Below, piece after piece: positions 37,417 to 46,214 of a stretch of DNA of 64,000 nt (within the stretch, counting starts at the first letter, position 1; the number at the start of each line of letters is the position of its first letter). The stretch is taken from the IMG/VR virus record IMGVR_UViG_3300034418_011250, positions 1-64,000 of that record; one strand, given 5' to 3'. Source of the DNA: a virus. The notes below the pieces were generated by a model. That model did not search any database, had not been told where the DNA came from, and worked only from the letters and a program-made list of their open reading frames with translations. The translations under genes and the position numbers were made by a program.

Positions 37417-38796
37417 TTACATTTTAAAGTCTGAGAACTTTTCATAATTAGATTGAATTCCAATATCCAAATCAACTCCTGAATCTTGTATATCATTTTG
37501 GGCATTCTGTTCACAATCATACAACTTCATTCTACTACGATCAACGCCAATCACAAATCTTTTATTAATTGCTGGATCATTATATCGATTCTTCAATTGC
37601 TTGACCATAATCTGATTTAATTTTTCAAGTTCTTCTGTTACAATCAGAGCAATCATTAAATCTGCAGTTGCAGGAAGTCCAAATGATTCTGAAGTATCTG
37701 TCAAATCAACATCTGAGTTTGAATATCCTCCTCTGGTTGTTTGAGTTGCACTGACAATGGGAACATCATTCTCTACAGCCAATCCTCTTAATTCCTCAGC
37801 AATTGCCTTTACATACATGTATGATCCAACATTTGCATTTGTTTTGAATCTAGAGGAAGCACAAATGTTCAAATAATCAATAAAGATTATATCTGGTTTG
37901 AAAGATTTCTTCAATGCCAATTCATTGATCAACGCACGAAAATGCCCAGAATGTGCTGCAGCAGTCGGATACTCTTTTATTATAAGTTTACCCTGTGTTT
38001 TTTTCTGAATCTTATCTAGTCTGTCTGTAAACATCTTTTTGGAAATTGTTTCCAAATCTGTAATAGGAATATTCATCAAATTAGCATCGATTCTTTCTGC
38101 AATCTTTTCCTCAGCCATCTCGAGAGTAATATACAAAACATTTCTATTCTGAGAAAGACAGCTGGCAGCATAATGACACATGAACAATGATTTACCAACA
38201 CCAGTTCCAGCAAGTGCAATGTTCAATGTTTTGGGTGATAATCCACCTTTTGTAATTTTGTTTAAAAACTCAAGATCGAATTCAATTTTTTCTTCTTTAC
38301 GATGATAAAACTCAAATCTAGATTCACCATCCTCAATATAGTCATGTCCAACATGATTATCAAATCCAACAGAAAGTGCTTCAGTTAGAATATTAGGAAG
38401 TGCTTCAGGAGAAAGTTTTTTATCTTTTCCTTGAATAATTCCAATGCCTTTAAGAATTGCATTATAGACAGCTTTGTCTTTACAAAATTTTTCTGTAGTT
38501 TGTACTAACCATTCTTGATCTACATCAGTTTTGTCAAGATTTTTTATTTCTGACAGAATAGTTTTATATTCTTCATCGGAGAGATCTCTTCTATTGTCAA
38601 GATCAATTTCTAGAGATTGTTTGGAAGGAAGATTTTTGTATTTAAGAATAAATTTTTGAATTTCTTCAAATAATGTTTTATCCTTTCTTTCGTGAAAATA
38701 TTCTGATTTTAAAAATGGAAGTATTTTTCTGGCATACGGCTCATTGTAAATTAACTGAGATAGTATCGTCTTCTCTATCGTTATTTGTTCCGACAT
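37417..38796 (-). CDS. Replicative helicase gp41
   Basis: AGTGVGKS, TLEMAEE, IDYLNI, ATQTTR, SESFGLPATAD, KNRY. Confidence 0.96.
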   Translation of the reverse strand: MSEQITIEKTILSQLIYNEPYARKILPFLKSEYFHERKDKTLFEEIQKFILKYKNLPSKQSLEIDLDNRRDLSDEEYKTILSEIKNLDKTDVDQEWLVQTTEKFCKDKAVYNAILKGIGIIQGKDKKLSPEALPNILTEALSVGFDNHVGHDYIEDGESRFEFYHRKEEKIEFDLEFLNKITKGGLSPKTLNIALAGTGVGKSLFMCHYAASCLSQNRNVLYITLEMAEEKIAERIDANLMNIPITDLETISKKMFTDRLDKIQKKTQGKLIIKEYPTAAAHSGHFRALINELALKKSFKPDIIFIDYLNICASSRFKTNANVGSYMYVKAIAEELRGLAVENDVPIVSATQTTRGGYSNSDVDLTDTSESFGLPATADLMIALIVTEELEKLNQIMVKQLKNRYNDPAINKRFVIGVDRSRMKLYDCEQNAQNDIQDSGVDLDIGIQSNYEKFSDFKM

Positions 38797-39091
38797 GAAA
38801 TCCTTCTTTTTTATTTAATGCTAGTTCTAATAATTCTTCAATAATCACGCATATAATATCTGCCAATTCCTCTTTGTTTAGTTCATTTTCTGGAATATCA
38901 TTATATTTCAATATATCCCAATCAAATGATAATGTATAAGTTCCATCATCATTTTCTTTATTAGCAAATTTTATTTGTCCATAACGATATACAATTCCTG
39001 CATATTTTCCTGCATCTTCTAACAATTCTATCGACGCTAATTGATTTAAATTGTTGTCCATTTCCAATATTTTATACAATTTCTTTTTCAT
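38741..39091 (-). CDS. Hypothetical protein
   Basis: GKYAGIVYRYG; start MKKKLY. Confidence 0.6.
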   Translation of the reverse strand: MKKKLYKILEMDNNLNQLASIELLEDAGKYAGIVYRYGQIKFANKENDDGTYTLSFDWDILKYNDIPENELNKEELADIICVIIEELLELALNKKEGFHVGTNNDREDDTISVNLQ

Positions 39092-39101
39092 TCCTTTTCC
39101 T

Positions 39102-39647
39102 TTAAATGTAGTGCAAATAGCTTCCAACTATATATTTTGGTTTTTTGATAGGTTTTAATCCAGCATGATAATGAGTCCATAATGGTGGAAACATTAACAC
39201 CTTTCCAATCTTCGGTTTTATTTTTATATTAAAGTCTGGGAATACGGTATCACCACCTTTATTATTATTTAAATATATGAAAAAAACCAAAAATCTTTTT
39301 GCTGATGCATAATCTGTAACATCTACATGAGTTCTAAATTGATCTCCATTATCTGGTAAATATCTCTTCATTCTAAAAATTTCAAATCCATATTTTTCTG
39401 GAAATCTATGTAATTCTATCTTTAAATCACTAACATATCTGTATACTAAATTTTTTAAAACATTTTCTAAAATGTCAGAAAAATATTCCCATTCTTTATG
39501 TAATTGCAATTTAACTTGAGTAAATGAATAAAAACTATCTATACATTCTCTTTCATGATGCTCTGTTTTCTTTTCAAAGAAATCTATAATTTCTTTACAA
39601 AAATCTTCAGAAACAACGTTGTTATAACATTTAATATAATTATCCAT
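39102..39647 (-). CDS. 2OG-Fe(II) oxygenase (prolyl-hydroxylase-like)
   Basis: [21 protein letters not shown]. Confidence 0.85.
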   Translation of the reverse strand: MDNYIKCYNNVVSEDFCKEIIDFFEKKTEHHERECIDSFYSFTQVKLQLHKEWEYFSDILENVLKNLVYRYVSDLKIELHRFPEKYGFEIFRMKRYLPDNGDQFRTHVDVTDYASAKRFLVFFIYLNNNKGGDTVFPDFNIKIKPKIGKVLMFPPLWTHYHAGLKPIKKPKYIVGSYLHYI

Positions 39648-40698
39648 TCAATAACTCAATTTCTGTAGATTCTTCAGTCTCCTCTATTTTCTGCTGTCCA
39701 TATTTAAATTCTTTTTTGGCAAAATCATCAAGTTGTTTCATAATTTCTTCTGTAAAGAATTTCTCAGGATCATTGTTAATTGTTTTTCCAAATGTTTTTG
39801 ATCCATCTGGCAATTCAATTCTTGTTGATACTGCTTTGAATATTCCATGCTTCAATGCAAGTTCCAGCAATCCATAATAGCGATCCAATCCACTGTCATA
39901 CATCAATCTAACATCAACTTGTTTATTCTCAACAGTCAATCTAGATTTAGCATTTTTACAATGAATTATATTTCCTACAACTTCAGTCCCATCCTTTTCT
40001 TTCTTCTTTGAAAGATACACAATAGAACTAGCAGCATATTTTAATCCTGAACCACCACCCATTTCTTTGGCAGGAAACATCGAACCAACAACATCATAGG
40101 TATGATTTGTGACTACCATAGGTATTTTAGCACGTCCAAGTTTAAGTGTCAAGACTCTAAATGCAGCTTTGATCACCTGAGCTCGAGTCATATCTCTTGT
40201 TTCTTTACCATCAGATGTATCTTCGACTTCTTTGGTTGTTGAAAGCATGCCAAGAGAATCCAGACAAATCATCATTGGTTTTTTATTATCAGATTCAATA
40301 TATTTGTCAAGAACTTTTATTGCTTGCGTTCTAAATTCCTGAACTGTGGTGACTGGAAGTATCACCATGCGACTCGGATCAATTCCTCTGTCAATAATCA
40401 TCTGCTTTGTAATAGCAGATTCTGATTCAAAATACAAAACTCCTGCCTCTGGATTAGAATCTAGAAAACTCTTAACCATTCCCAAAACAAAAAATGTTTT
40501 GCCTGTTGCCGACTCACCTGCAATGGCAGTAATCTTATTTGATGGTAATCCTCCGAAAATAGAGCCAGAAAGAAGTGCATTGAATATATATGATCCAGTA
40601 TCAATGAATGAATCAACATCTCCTGCCTCAACACCATCCGATACCAATGCAGCGTATTCATTTCCAGCAATCTTTGCTATTTCTTGAAAAAAATCCAT
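39640..40698 (-). CDS. uvsX: RecA-like recombinase
   Basis: [30 protein letters not shown]. Confidence 0.95.
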   Translation of the reverse strand: MDFFQEIAKIAGNEYAALVSDGVEAGDVDSFIDTGSYIFNALLSGSIFGGLPSNKITAIAGESATGKTFFVLGMVKSFLDSNPEAGVLYFESESAITKQMIIDRGIDPSRMVILPVTTVQEFRTQAIKVLDKYIESDNKKPMMICLDSLGMLSTTKEVEDTSDGKETRDMTRAQVIKAAFRVLTLKLGRAKIPMVVTNHTYDVVGSMFPAKEMGGGSGLKYAASSIVYLSKKKEKDGTEVVGNIIHCKNAKSRLTVENKQVDVRLMYDSGLDRYYGLLELALKHGIFKAVSTRIELPDGSKTFGKTINNDPEKFFTEEIMKQLDDFAKKEFKYGQQKIEETEESTEIELLNG

Positions 40699-41102
40699 TA
40701 TACATCCTTCTGCGCTCTTTTCTCAGAGCGAATCTTTTCAAATCCATTAGGATATCGTTGTTCTAACTTTTTAATATTTGCTTGTAATATGTCCTCAATA
40801 GTAACACCCAATGACATGCAGCCTTGTGCCACATACCACATGACATCACCAAGTTCTTTCACCATATGCTCTTTGACTTCAGCATTCAAATCTTTTCCTT
40901 GAAACAAACATTTTTTGACTAGATCACCAAATTCACCTGCTTCAGCTGATAATCCAAGTGCAGCTGTGATCAATCTTTGAGGTGGAACTGCATGCTGGTT
41001 TTCCATTTTTGAAAGTGATGCGTCAAACGGAAACTTTAGTCTTGACTCCTCACTTGTCACACTATTCACAAATGCAACATAATCTTCTGTAAATTTACTC
41101 AT
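40698..41102 (-). CDS. mazG: MazG-like nucleotide pyrophosphohydrolase
   Basis: [29 protein letters not shown]. Confidence 0.9.
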   Translation of the reverse strand: MSKFTEDYVAFVNSVTSEESRLKFPFDASLSKMENQHAVPPQRLITAALGLSAEAGEFGDLVKKCLFQGKDLNAEVKEHMVKELGDVMWYVAQGCMSLGVTIEDILQANIKKLEQRYPNGFEKIRSEKRAQKDV

Positions 41103-41679
41103 CTATAGATTCTCCATTCATTTTTAGTTGATTCATACACCATCTGATGTGCTCTTTCATCTGAGAAACTGTAAGAGCCTTGGCATGCTCTCGTATCATG
41201 ACTTCTGGACCTTGTCTTCCATCAACAGGAGGTAATGATCCATAAACACTTTTATATTCAGAAATCAATTCTGATTCTTTTCCATGAGCTTTCAGTTTAA
41301 TCTCTGGACCATATCCCATTGGAAAGTATGCTACATACAAATGTCTTTTGTTTTCTTCTCCGTAGATTGCTCGGAAATACATTCCGTTCTCGTATGGATT
41401 CTTTTGACTCAATCCACGAATGACTGTTCCTGAGAAATCTAATGTTCTTGAGCAGATTCCTCTTGCAGTCGAGCTACCAGCTGTTCCAATATAAATCACA
41501 CGCTCATCTAAATGATCAGGTGTTTCATTTACAATCTCACCTGTTGGATCGTATGCATAAAGATAACAACCACCCATGTTAAATCCACGATCATCTTTTT
41601 TCGCAAAACCAACATAATCGTTGTCAAACTTGGCTCGTTGATCATTGGGGAAGATTGACAACCACTTTGTAGCTTTCAT
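41095..41679 (-). CDS. GIY-YIG-like protein
   Basis: GCYLY...IYIGTAG...R; E..LI..Y...YG.LP. Confidence 0.5.
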   Translation of the reverse strand: MKATKWLSIFPNDQRAKFDNDYVGFAKKDDRGFNMGGCYLYAYDPTGEIVNETPDHLDERVIYIGTAGSSTARGICSRTLDFSGTVIRGLSQKNPYENGMYFRAIYGEENKRHLYVAYFPMGYGPEIKLKAHGKESELISEYKSVYGSLPPVDGRQGPEVMIREHAKALTVSQMKEHIRWCMNQLKMNGESIDE

Positions 41680-41723
41680 AACAAATCCTGCATTAAATTA
41701 ACATTCACTAACAATCTGGATTT

Positions 41724-41752
41724 ATTATCTTCTTTCCCTTAGGAAATGTCAA
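41724..41752 (-). promoter_or_regulatory. sigma70-like promoter
   Basis: TTGACA-N17-GATAAT. Confidence 0.65.
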
Positions 41753-42305
41753 GCATTTTTTTCATGAATTCTACAATTTTTTCTGTATCATCTGGAGTCT
41801 CGTGAACAAACGTCTTCACGCAGCCTTCTTCCTCTCCGAAAAGAGTAGCTCGTGGTCCAAAATGCTCAAGAATATTTTGAACCTTTGTCTTGGTAGTCTG
41901 AATGAATTTTTCAGATTGATCAGATCCTCTTTCTTTGTATCTTCGTTGTCTTTCTTCATCTGAAACTGTCAAGTGAATAATTGTCAACGAATCACCACAT
42001 GATTCAAAAAACTTCTTGTTGTTGAGACGATCTCCTTCGCCCACAATCATCTCATTTGTTCTCAAAACATTTGAAATCCAATCAATTGCTTTCGGAGCCA
42101 CTGCCATCGAAAGTCGATCTGTTCCTCCAAAAACTTCTTCATCATTATATTTTCCAAGCACTCTCAATTTTTTTTCTTTAATATATTGAGTATCAAGTAA
42201 ATCAGCTGGACGATCATCCTTCCAACCTTCAAATCCACTCATAAAGTTTCGCATCACAGTGGTCTTTCCAGTTCCTGGAATACCAATCAAATAAACTATC
42301 TTCAT
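41739..42305 (-). CDS. P-loop kinase (5hmU-DNA kinase-like)
   Basis: GIPGTGKTT, GTDRLS, GEGDRL. Confidence 0.75.
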   Translation of the reverse strand: MKIVYLIGIPGTGKTTVMRNFMSGFEGWKDDRPADLLDTQYIKEKKLRVLGKYNDEEVFGGTDRLSMAVAPKAIDWISNVLRTNEMIVGEGDRLNNKKFFESCGDSLTIIHLTVSDEERQRRYKERGSDQSEKFIQTTKTKVQNILEHFGPRATLFGEEEGCVKTFVHETPDDTEKIVEFMKKMLDIS

Positions 42306-43726
42306 TGAAAAAATCCTTCTAATGTAGGTTTTTGAGCATATGCTTCTGGATGATATTCTTGCACCATATCCCTTCCACCTTTGTCCTCTAGAAAATCATA
42401 CCATTCTTTCTCATTGAACATATTCGGTGAAACACCATTCCAATATTGTTTCCAAAGTCTATGACCTTTATTCAATCTCCTTGTGTCAACAAAGTTTTTA
42501 CGAATAGCTTCATATTCCCATGATCCAAGATTATCCATATCTTCACGGAAATAGAATACTAATGACATTCTCATCATGTTTTCTTCACCAGAATCTGGAG
42601 CAGTAATCGGTGTATTCCCATGAATAACACGCATGTTGTCAATTAGCAAAAGATCTCCAGGTCTGACATTGACAGCCATCCGAACTTCTGGAACAACCAA
42701 ATATCCACCTTTCCAGTCTTTGTTATCCTTTGTGATTACTGTTAGATTGCTATATCCAGCATTCAAAGAACCTGCATCTCGATGACATGCCATTCTGGCA
42801 TTTCTTTCCTTTGTTGTTGTATTGACAGTAATCGTGGTGAATGTAGTATCTTCGCCAATGAGAAATTTATTGTCGAGTCTATCAGCAAATTCTTGTTGTG
42901 CCAAATGTCGATTTGGCATTAGTCTTTTGAATTCTTTCTCCAGTTTTCTAGCAAACGGATAACATTTTGCAAACTGCTCAAGATTATTATCAGTATATGC
43001 TGTTGCTCTTCCATATGGAATTCTTGGATATCTTCCATAGTAACCAGCAATACCTGACCAAAGACCAGCAGCATATGCTGTATTTGAAATCCATTTTTCT
43101 CTTACAAGTTTTGAAAACTTTGTTGCCTCTTCAATTGGCATTGCTTTTATTCTACTCACCAGCTTAGGAAAAAATCCATCATATTCAGGATAATCTTGTT
43201 CTACAACATCTCGCAACCAACAGAATCCTCTGGTATTCTTGACATATTTTCCAAGATGTTCTTCCATAATAGTCTGTAATGGATCTGTTCCATCAAGACT
43301 TTTTGGTTGTCCTGCCATAAAATACTCAAGCACATCATATTGATATGGTGTTACCCATTCTCTTCCTGCTAGCTTTTCTGTTTTTGGACCAGCTGCGAGT
43401 CCTCGATTATGAGATTCAGCTGCAGCATCAAACAATCCTTCAAATGCACCTTGTTGTTCCTCAGCAGTAAAAACATTTTTTCTAAATTTAAAAGCAATTT
43501 TGCTTTCATCCGCAAGATCTGTATGATACTCTTTTTTATCATAATTGTATTCAGGTGGAAAGTATAAATCTGTATCACTATCAATCAGAATATCATATGA
43601 TTCATCATTAACATATGTTCCCAAAACTTTTTCTTCATCAAGAACCTGCATGGCAACATAAACATCTTGTCCTTCATCCCCTTTATATTTCTGCCACTTA
43701 TTTCCATTTATTTCTAAAATTTCCAT
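42302..43726 (-). CDS. TET/JBP-family 2OG-Fe(II) dioxygenase
   Basis: FTTITVN, ACHRDAG (HxD), GDLLL..HGNT, RMSLVFYFRE. Confidence 0.8.
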   Translation of the reverse strand: MEILEINGNKWQKYKGDEGQDVYVAMQVLDEEKVLGTYVNDESYDILIDSDTDLYFPPEYNYDKKEYHTDLADESKIAFKFRKNVFTAEEQQGAFEGLFDAAAESHNRGLAAGPKTEKLAGREWVTPYQYDVLEYFMAGQPKSLDGTDPLQTIMEEHLGKYVKNTRGFCWLRDVVEQDYPEYDGFFPKLVSRIKAMPIEEATKFSKLVREKWISNTAYAAGLWSGIAGYYGRYPRIPYGRATAYTDNNLEQFAKCYPFARKLEKEFKRLMPNRHLAQQEFADRLDNKFLIGEDTTFTTITVNTTTKERNARMACHRDAGSLNAGYSNLTVITKDNKDWKGGYLVVPEVRMAVNVRPGDLLLIDNMRVIHGNTPITAPDSGEENMMRMSLVFYFREDMDNLGSWEYEAIRKNFVDTRRLNKGHRLWKQYWNGVSPNMFNEKEWYDFLEDKGGRDMVQEYHPEAYAQKPTLEGFFQ

Positions 43727-44727
43727 CAGAATGCCTCCAGTCCCATTAATTGTTTTGTAAATGTATTGTTGTAATCTATAACACCTGTATTTAGAAAAAT
43801 TTCCATCTTTGTTTTGTTTATTTTGTTTATCAAGTATTCTCTTCGTATTGACTCATCTCTACATTGCCATAATGGTGTCCAGTCAATTCCATCCCAACCA
43901 TCACGCTCTACTTGTTTAATTTCTTCAGCTTGTCGATCTAGATAATAACCAAGATATCTGCCATTTCTTTTACGGAATAGTTTTTTGAATGAACAAAGAC
44001 ATGTTTCCATTGCAAAATAATCAGCCTTGTTTGCTTGTTCTGGAAACAATGCTTTAACCTCTTTAAGAATCTCAGATCCTTGACTTTCCATCCAATCAAT
44101 TTGATCTTGATCTAGAACCTTGTCAACCCAATCATCTTTTCCAAGAGCAAAGCATAATCCATTTCGATGTGATCTAGATCCTGAATAATCTTTCAACCAA
44201 AGATTATCAATATCAATATTTAATCCGCATGTTTGTTTTAAAGTTTGAATATAGAACCATGACATGTATCTTCCATACTTGTGCCATGTGTTTACTTCTT
44301 TCCAAAGATTATAAAAATTGGTAAATGGATCTTCTGTGAACAAACTTTGGAATGCTTCAAGTTGACTTCTGCCACCTACCCATTCTTTGTATGAAAGAAA
44401 TTGAGCAGGAAGATGTCCTTTATTCCATTTTGTGTCTGTTTGGTATCTGAGTCTTTTGTAATTTTCAGTATTCCATTGCTCAAGTCGATCGACTCCAACA
44501 AGTTCCATGTCAGGAAATTCATTCCAGATTACGTATGCAGTCGGAAAATGATAAGTTGTGCCATATATCCATGTGATCCAAAGTCTTTGTTCGATATTGA
44601 ATTCAAATCTGTCATAAAAATAATTCAACATGTAAAGAGCAGGATCGCAATCATCTATAATCAGCGACCATCCAAACCAATCAATGAATGCTCTTTTTCT
44701 ATTTTCCAGCAAACGATAATCCATCAA
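43726..44727 (-). CDS. aGPT-PPlase / amino-acid:DNA transferase family protein
   Basis: DCDP, YGRYMSWF, ETCLCSFKK, RYLGYY. Confidence 0.75.
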   Translation of the reverse strand: MMDYRLLENRKRAFIDWFGWSLIIDDCDPALYMLNYFYDRFEFNIEQRLWITWIYGTTYHFPTAYVIWNEFPDMELVGVDRLEQWNTENYKRLRYQTDTKWNKGHLPAQFLSYKEWVGGRSQLEAFQSLFTEDPFTNFYNLWKEVNTWHKYGRYMSWFYIQTLKQTCGLNIDIDNLWLKDYSGSRSHRNGLCFALGKDDWVDKVLDQDQIDWMESQGSEILKEVKALFPEQANKADYFAMETCLCSFKKLFRKRNGRYLGYYLDRQAEEIKQVERDGWDGIDWTPLWQCRDESIRREYLINKINKTKMEIFLNTGVIDYNNTFTKQLMGLEAF

Positions 44728-45368
44728 AACTTCTCTAATGAAGGTACATCAAAAAGATAATTTCTTAGCCAATATTTTCCGACCTTTGTTATGGAGTCCT
44801 CAACTTTTTGTCGCTTCACCTTTCCGAACTTATGATAATCTATACTCTCTTTTCTCAAAAGATCAAGAACTTTTTTGTCTGTAGGAATCGCAATAGAGGG
44901 ATTATTTATAGCTTCTTCTCGAAAGCTCAATTGTTCTTCTTTCGTGGAAAACAATGGTTGATCTGATCTCAGAGATCCGGATGAGTCAACAGCCCAGAAT
45001 ACCAATCCATTTCGAATATGCCAGCTAATAGAAGTTGGTGTGCAAGATATTTTCAATCTTCTCATTTGATTTTTATATGCATCATTCATCACATATTCCC
45101 AGATTAAAGAGGCATATCCTTTTCCTTCATATCCTTGGAAAGTCACAATCTCGTAAAGATTGATATAAGAAGTTCTTTTACTATATGTAGCGAATACAGC
45201 AGAGACTGGTTGATCATTGTCATACATTACTATTGGAGGATTTTTGTCATAGTTTTTAAAACGAATCCACAAACTATGAGCAGAATTTAAAAACTTGGTA
45301 TTGGTGCCATTTTCTGAATTCTCAATAATGTTATTAATATTTTCATGGTTGTTGGTCTTGAATATCAT
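44724..45368 (-). CDS. GNAT acetyltransferase
   Basis: Motif A-like YEGKGYAS; WHIRNGL. Confidence 0.7.
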   Translation of the reverse strand: MIFKTNNHENINNIIENSENGTNTKFLNSAHSLWIRFKNYDKNPPIVMYDNDQPVSAVFATYSKRTSYINLYEIVTFQGYEGKGYASLIWEYVMNDAYKNQMRRLKISCTPTSISWHIRNGLVFWAVDSSGSLRSDQPLFSTKEEQLSFREEAINNPSIAIPTDKKVLDLLRKESIDYHKFGKVKRQKVEDSITKVGKYWLRNYLFDVPSLEKF

Positions 45369-46005
45369 GAGGGTTCTTTACTTTTCTTTCTCCTTGATTT
45401 GTGTATTTTACATACATCTCACATCTTTGTGGATTTTGCAATCCACTTCGAATGGCAATATCTTTTGTTGATGTGAATATAATTCCTCTTTGCAATTTTG
45501 TATACCATAATGGTCTTGATTCATTTCTAAATCCTGTAATACCATTATCAACATCTAACATCACGACTGCCATGCTAGATGGAACAAAGTCTGTCAATGG
45601 ATTTTTATTATTCTCAAGTGATTGTAGAATCAATTCACTATCATTTGCAGTCTCCGTTTCGTACTTCCATGTACTTTGATCTTCCTGAGAAATCACCCCA
45701 TTATGAACAATGCTATATTTATCTGAAGAAAATGGTTGAGGATATCTTAGATCAGATGTTGAATAACGAATATGTCCCAGCAAACAGATCGAACCATCTT
45801 CATCGATACATCTTTCAAAATTTATTTTTTCAAGAAATTTGTCTGCTGGAATATTTTCTTTTTTGGTTAGTATTTCAGAATGCTTTCGATATGAAATACC
45901 AGTAGCATGTTTTCCTCGAATCATTGTCTGTTTGAATATTTTTCTTATCAAAGAAATATCTTGATCATTGACATCCGTTAATTCGATTCCTATAACTCCA
46001 CACAT
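45343..46005 (-). CDS. Class II glutamine amidotransferase
   Basis: N-terminal MCGVIG, RGKHATG, GHIRYST, HNG, NDSE. Confidence 0.88.
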   Translation of the reverse strand: MCGVIGIELTDVNDQDISLIRKIFKQTMIRGKHATGISYRKHSEILTKKENIPADKFLEKINFERCIDEDGSICLLGHIRYSTSDLRYPQPFSSDKYSIVHNGVISQEDQSTWKYETETANDSELILQSLENNKNPLTDFVPSSMAVVMLDVDNGITGFRNESRPLWYTKLQRGIIFTSTKDIAIRSGLQNPQRCEMYVKYTNQGERKVKNPHDIQDQQP

Positions 46006-46214
46006 TATGCTACCAGCCAGAATTGTTTATTTAAAATGGATTCTAATCGTACTGAAGTAATTACTCCATATCCTTTTTCTTTCTCAGGAAGAACTACTGG
46101 ACTACCATTTTTCCAATGTATGTAGACCATACTACCTTTAGGAAGAGCATTTGTCAAGTTCTTTGCTTGTTTAAATATTAATTTCTGTGCATCAATTCTA
46201 GTCATACTATTCAC
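46005..46214 (-). CDS. Hypothetical protein
   Basis: Coupled ORF between gp43 and GATase. Confidence 0.5.
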   Translation of the reverse strand: MNSMTRIDAQKLIFKQAKNLTNALPKGSMVYIHWKNGSPVVLPEKEKGYGVITSVRLESILNKQFWLVA

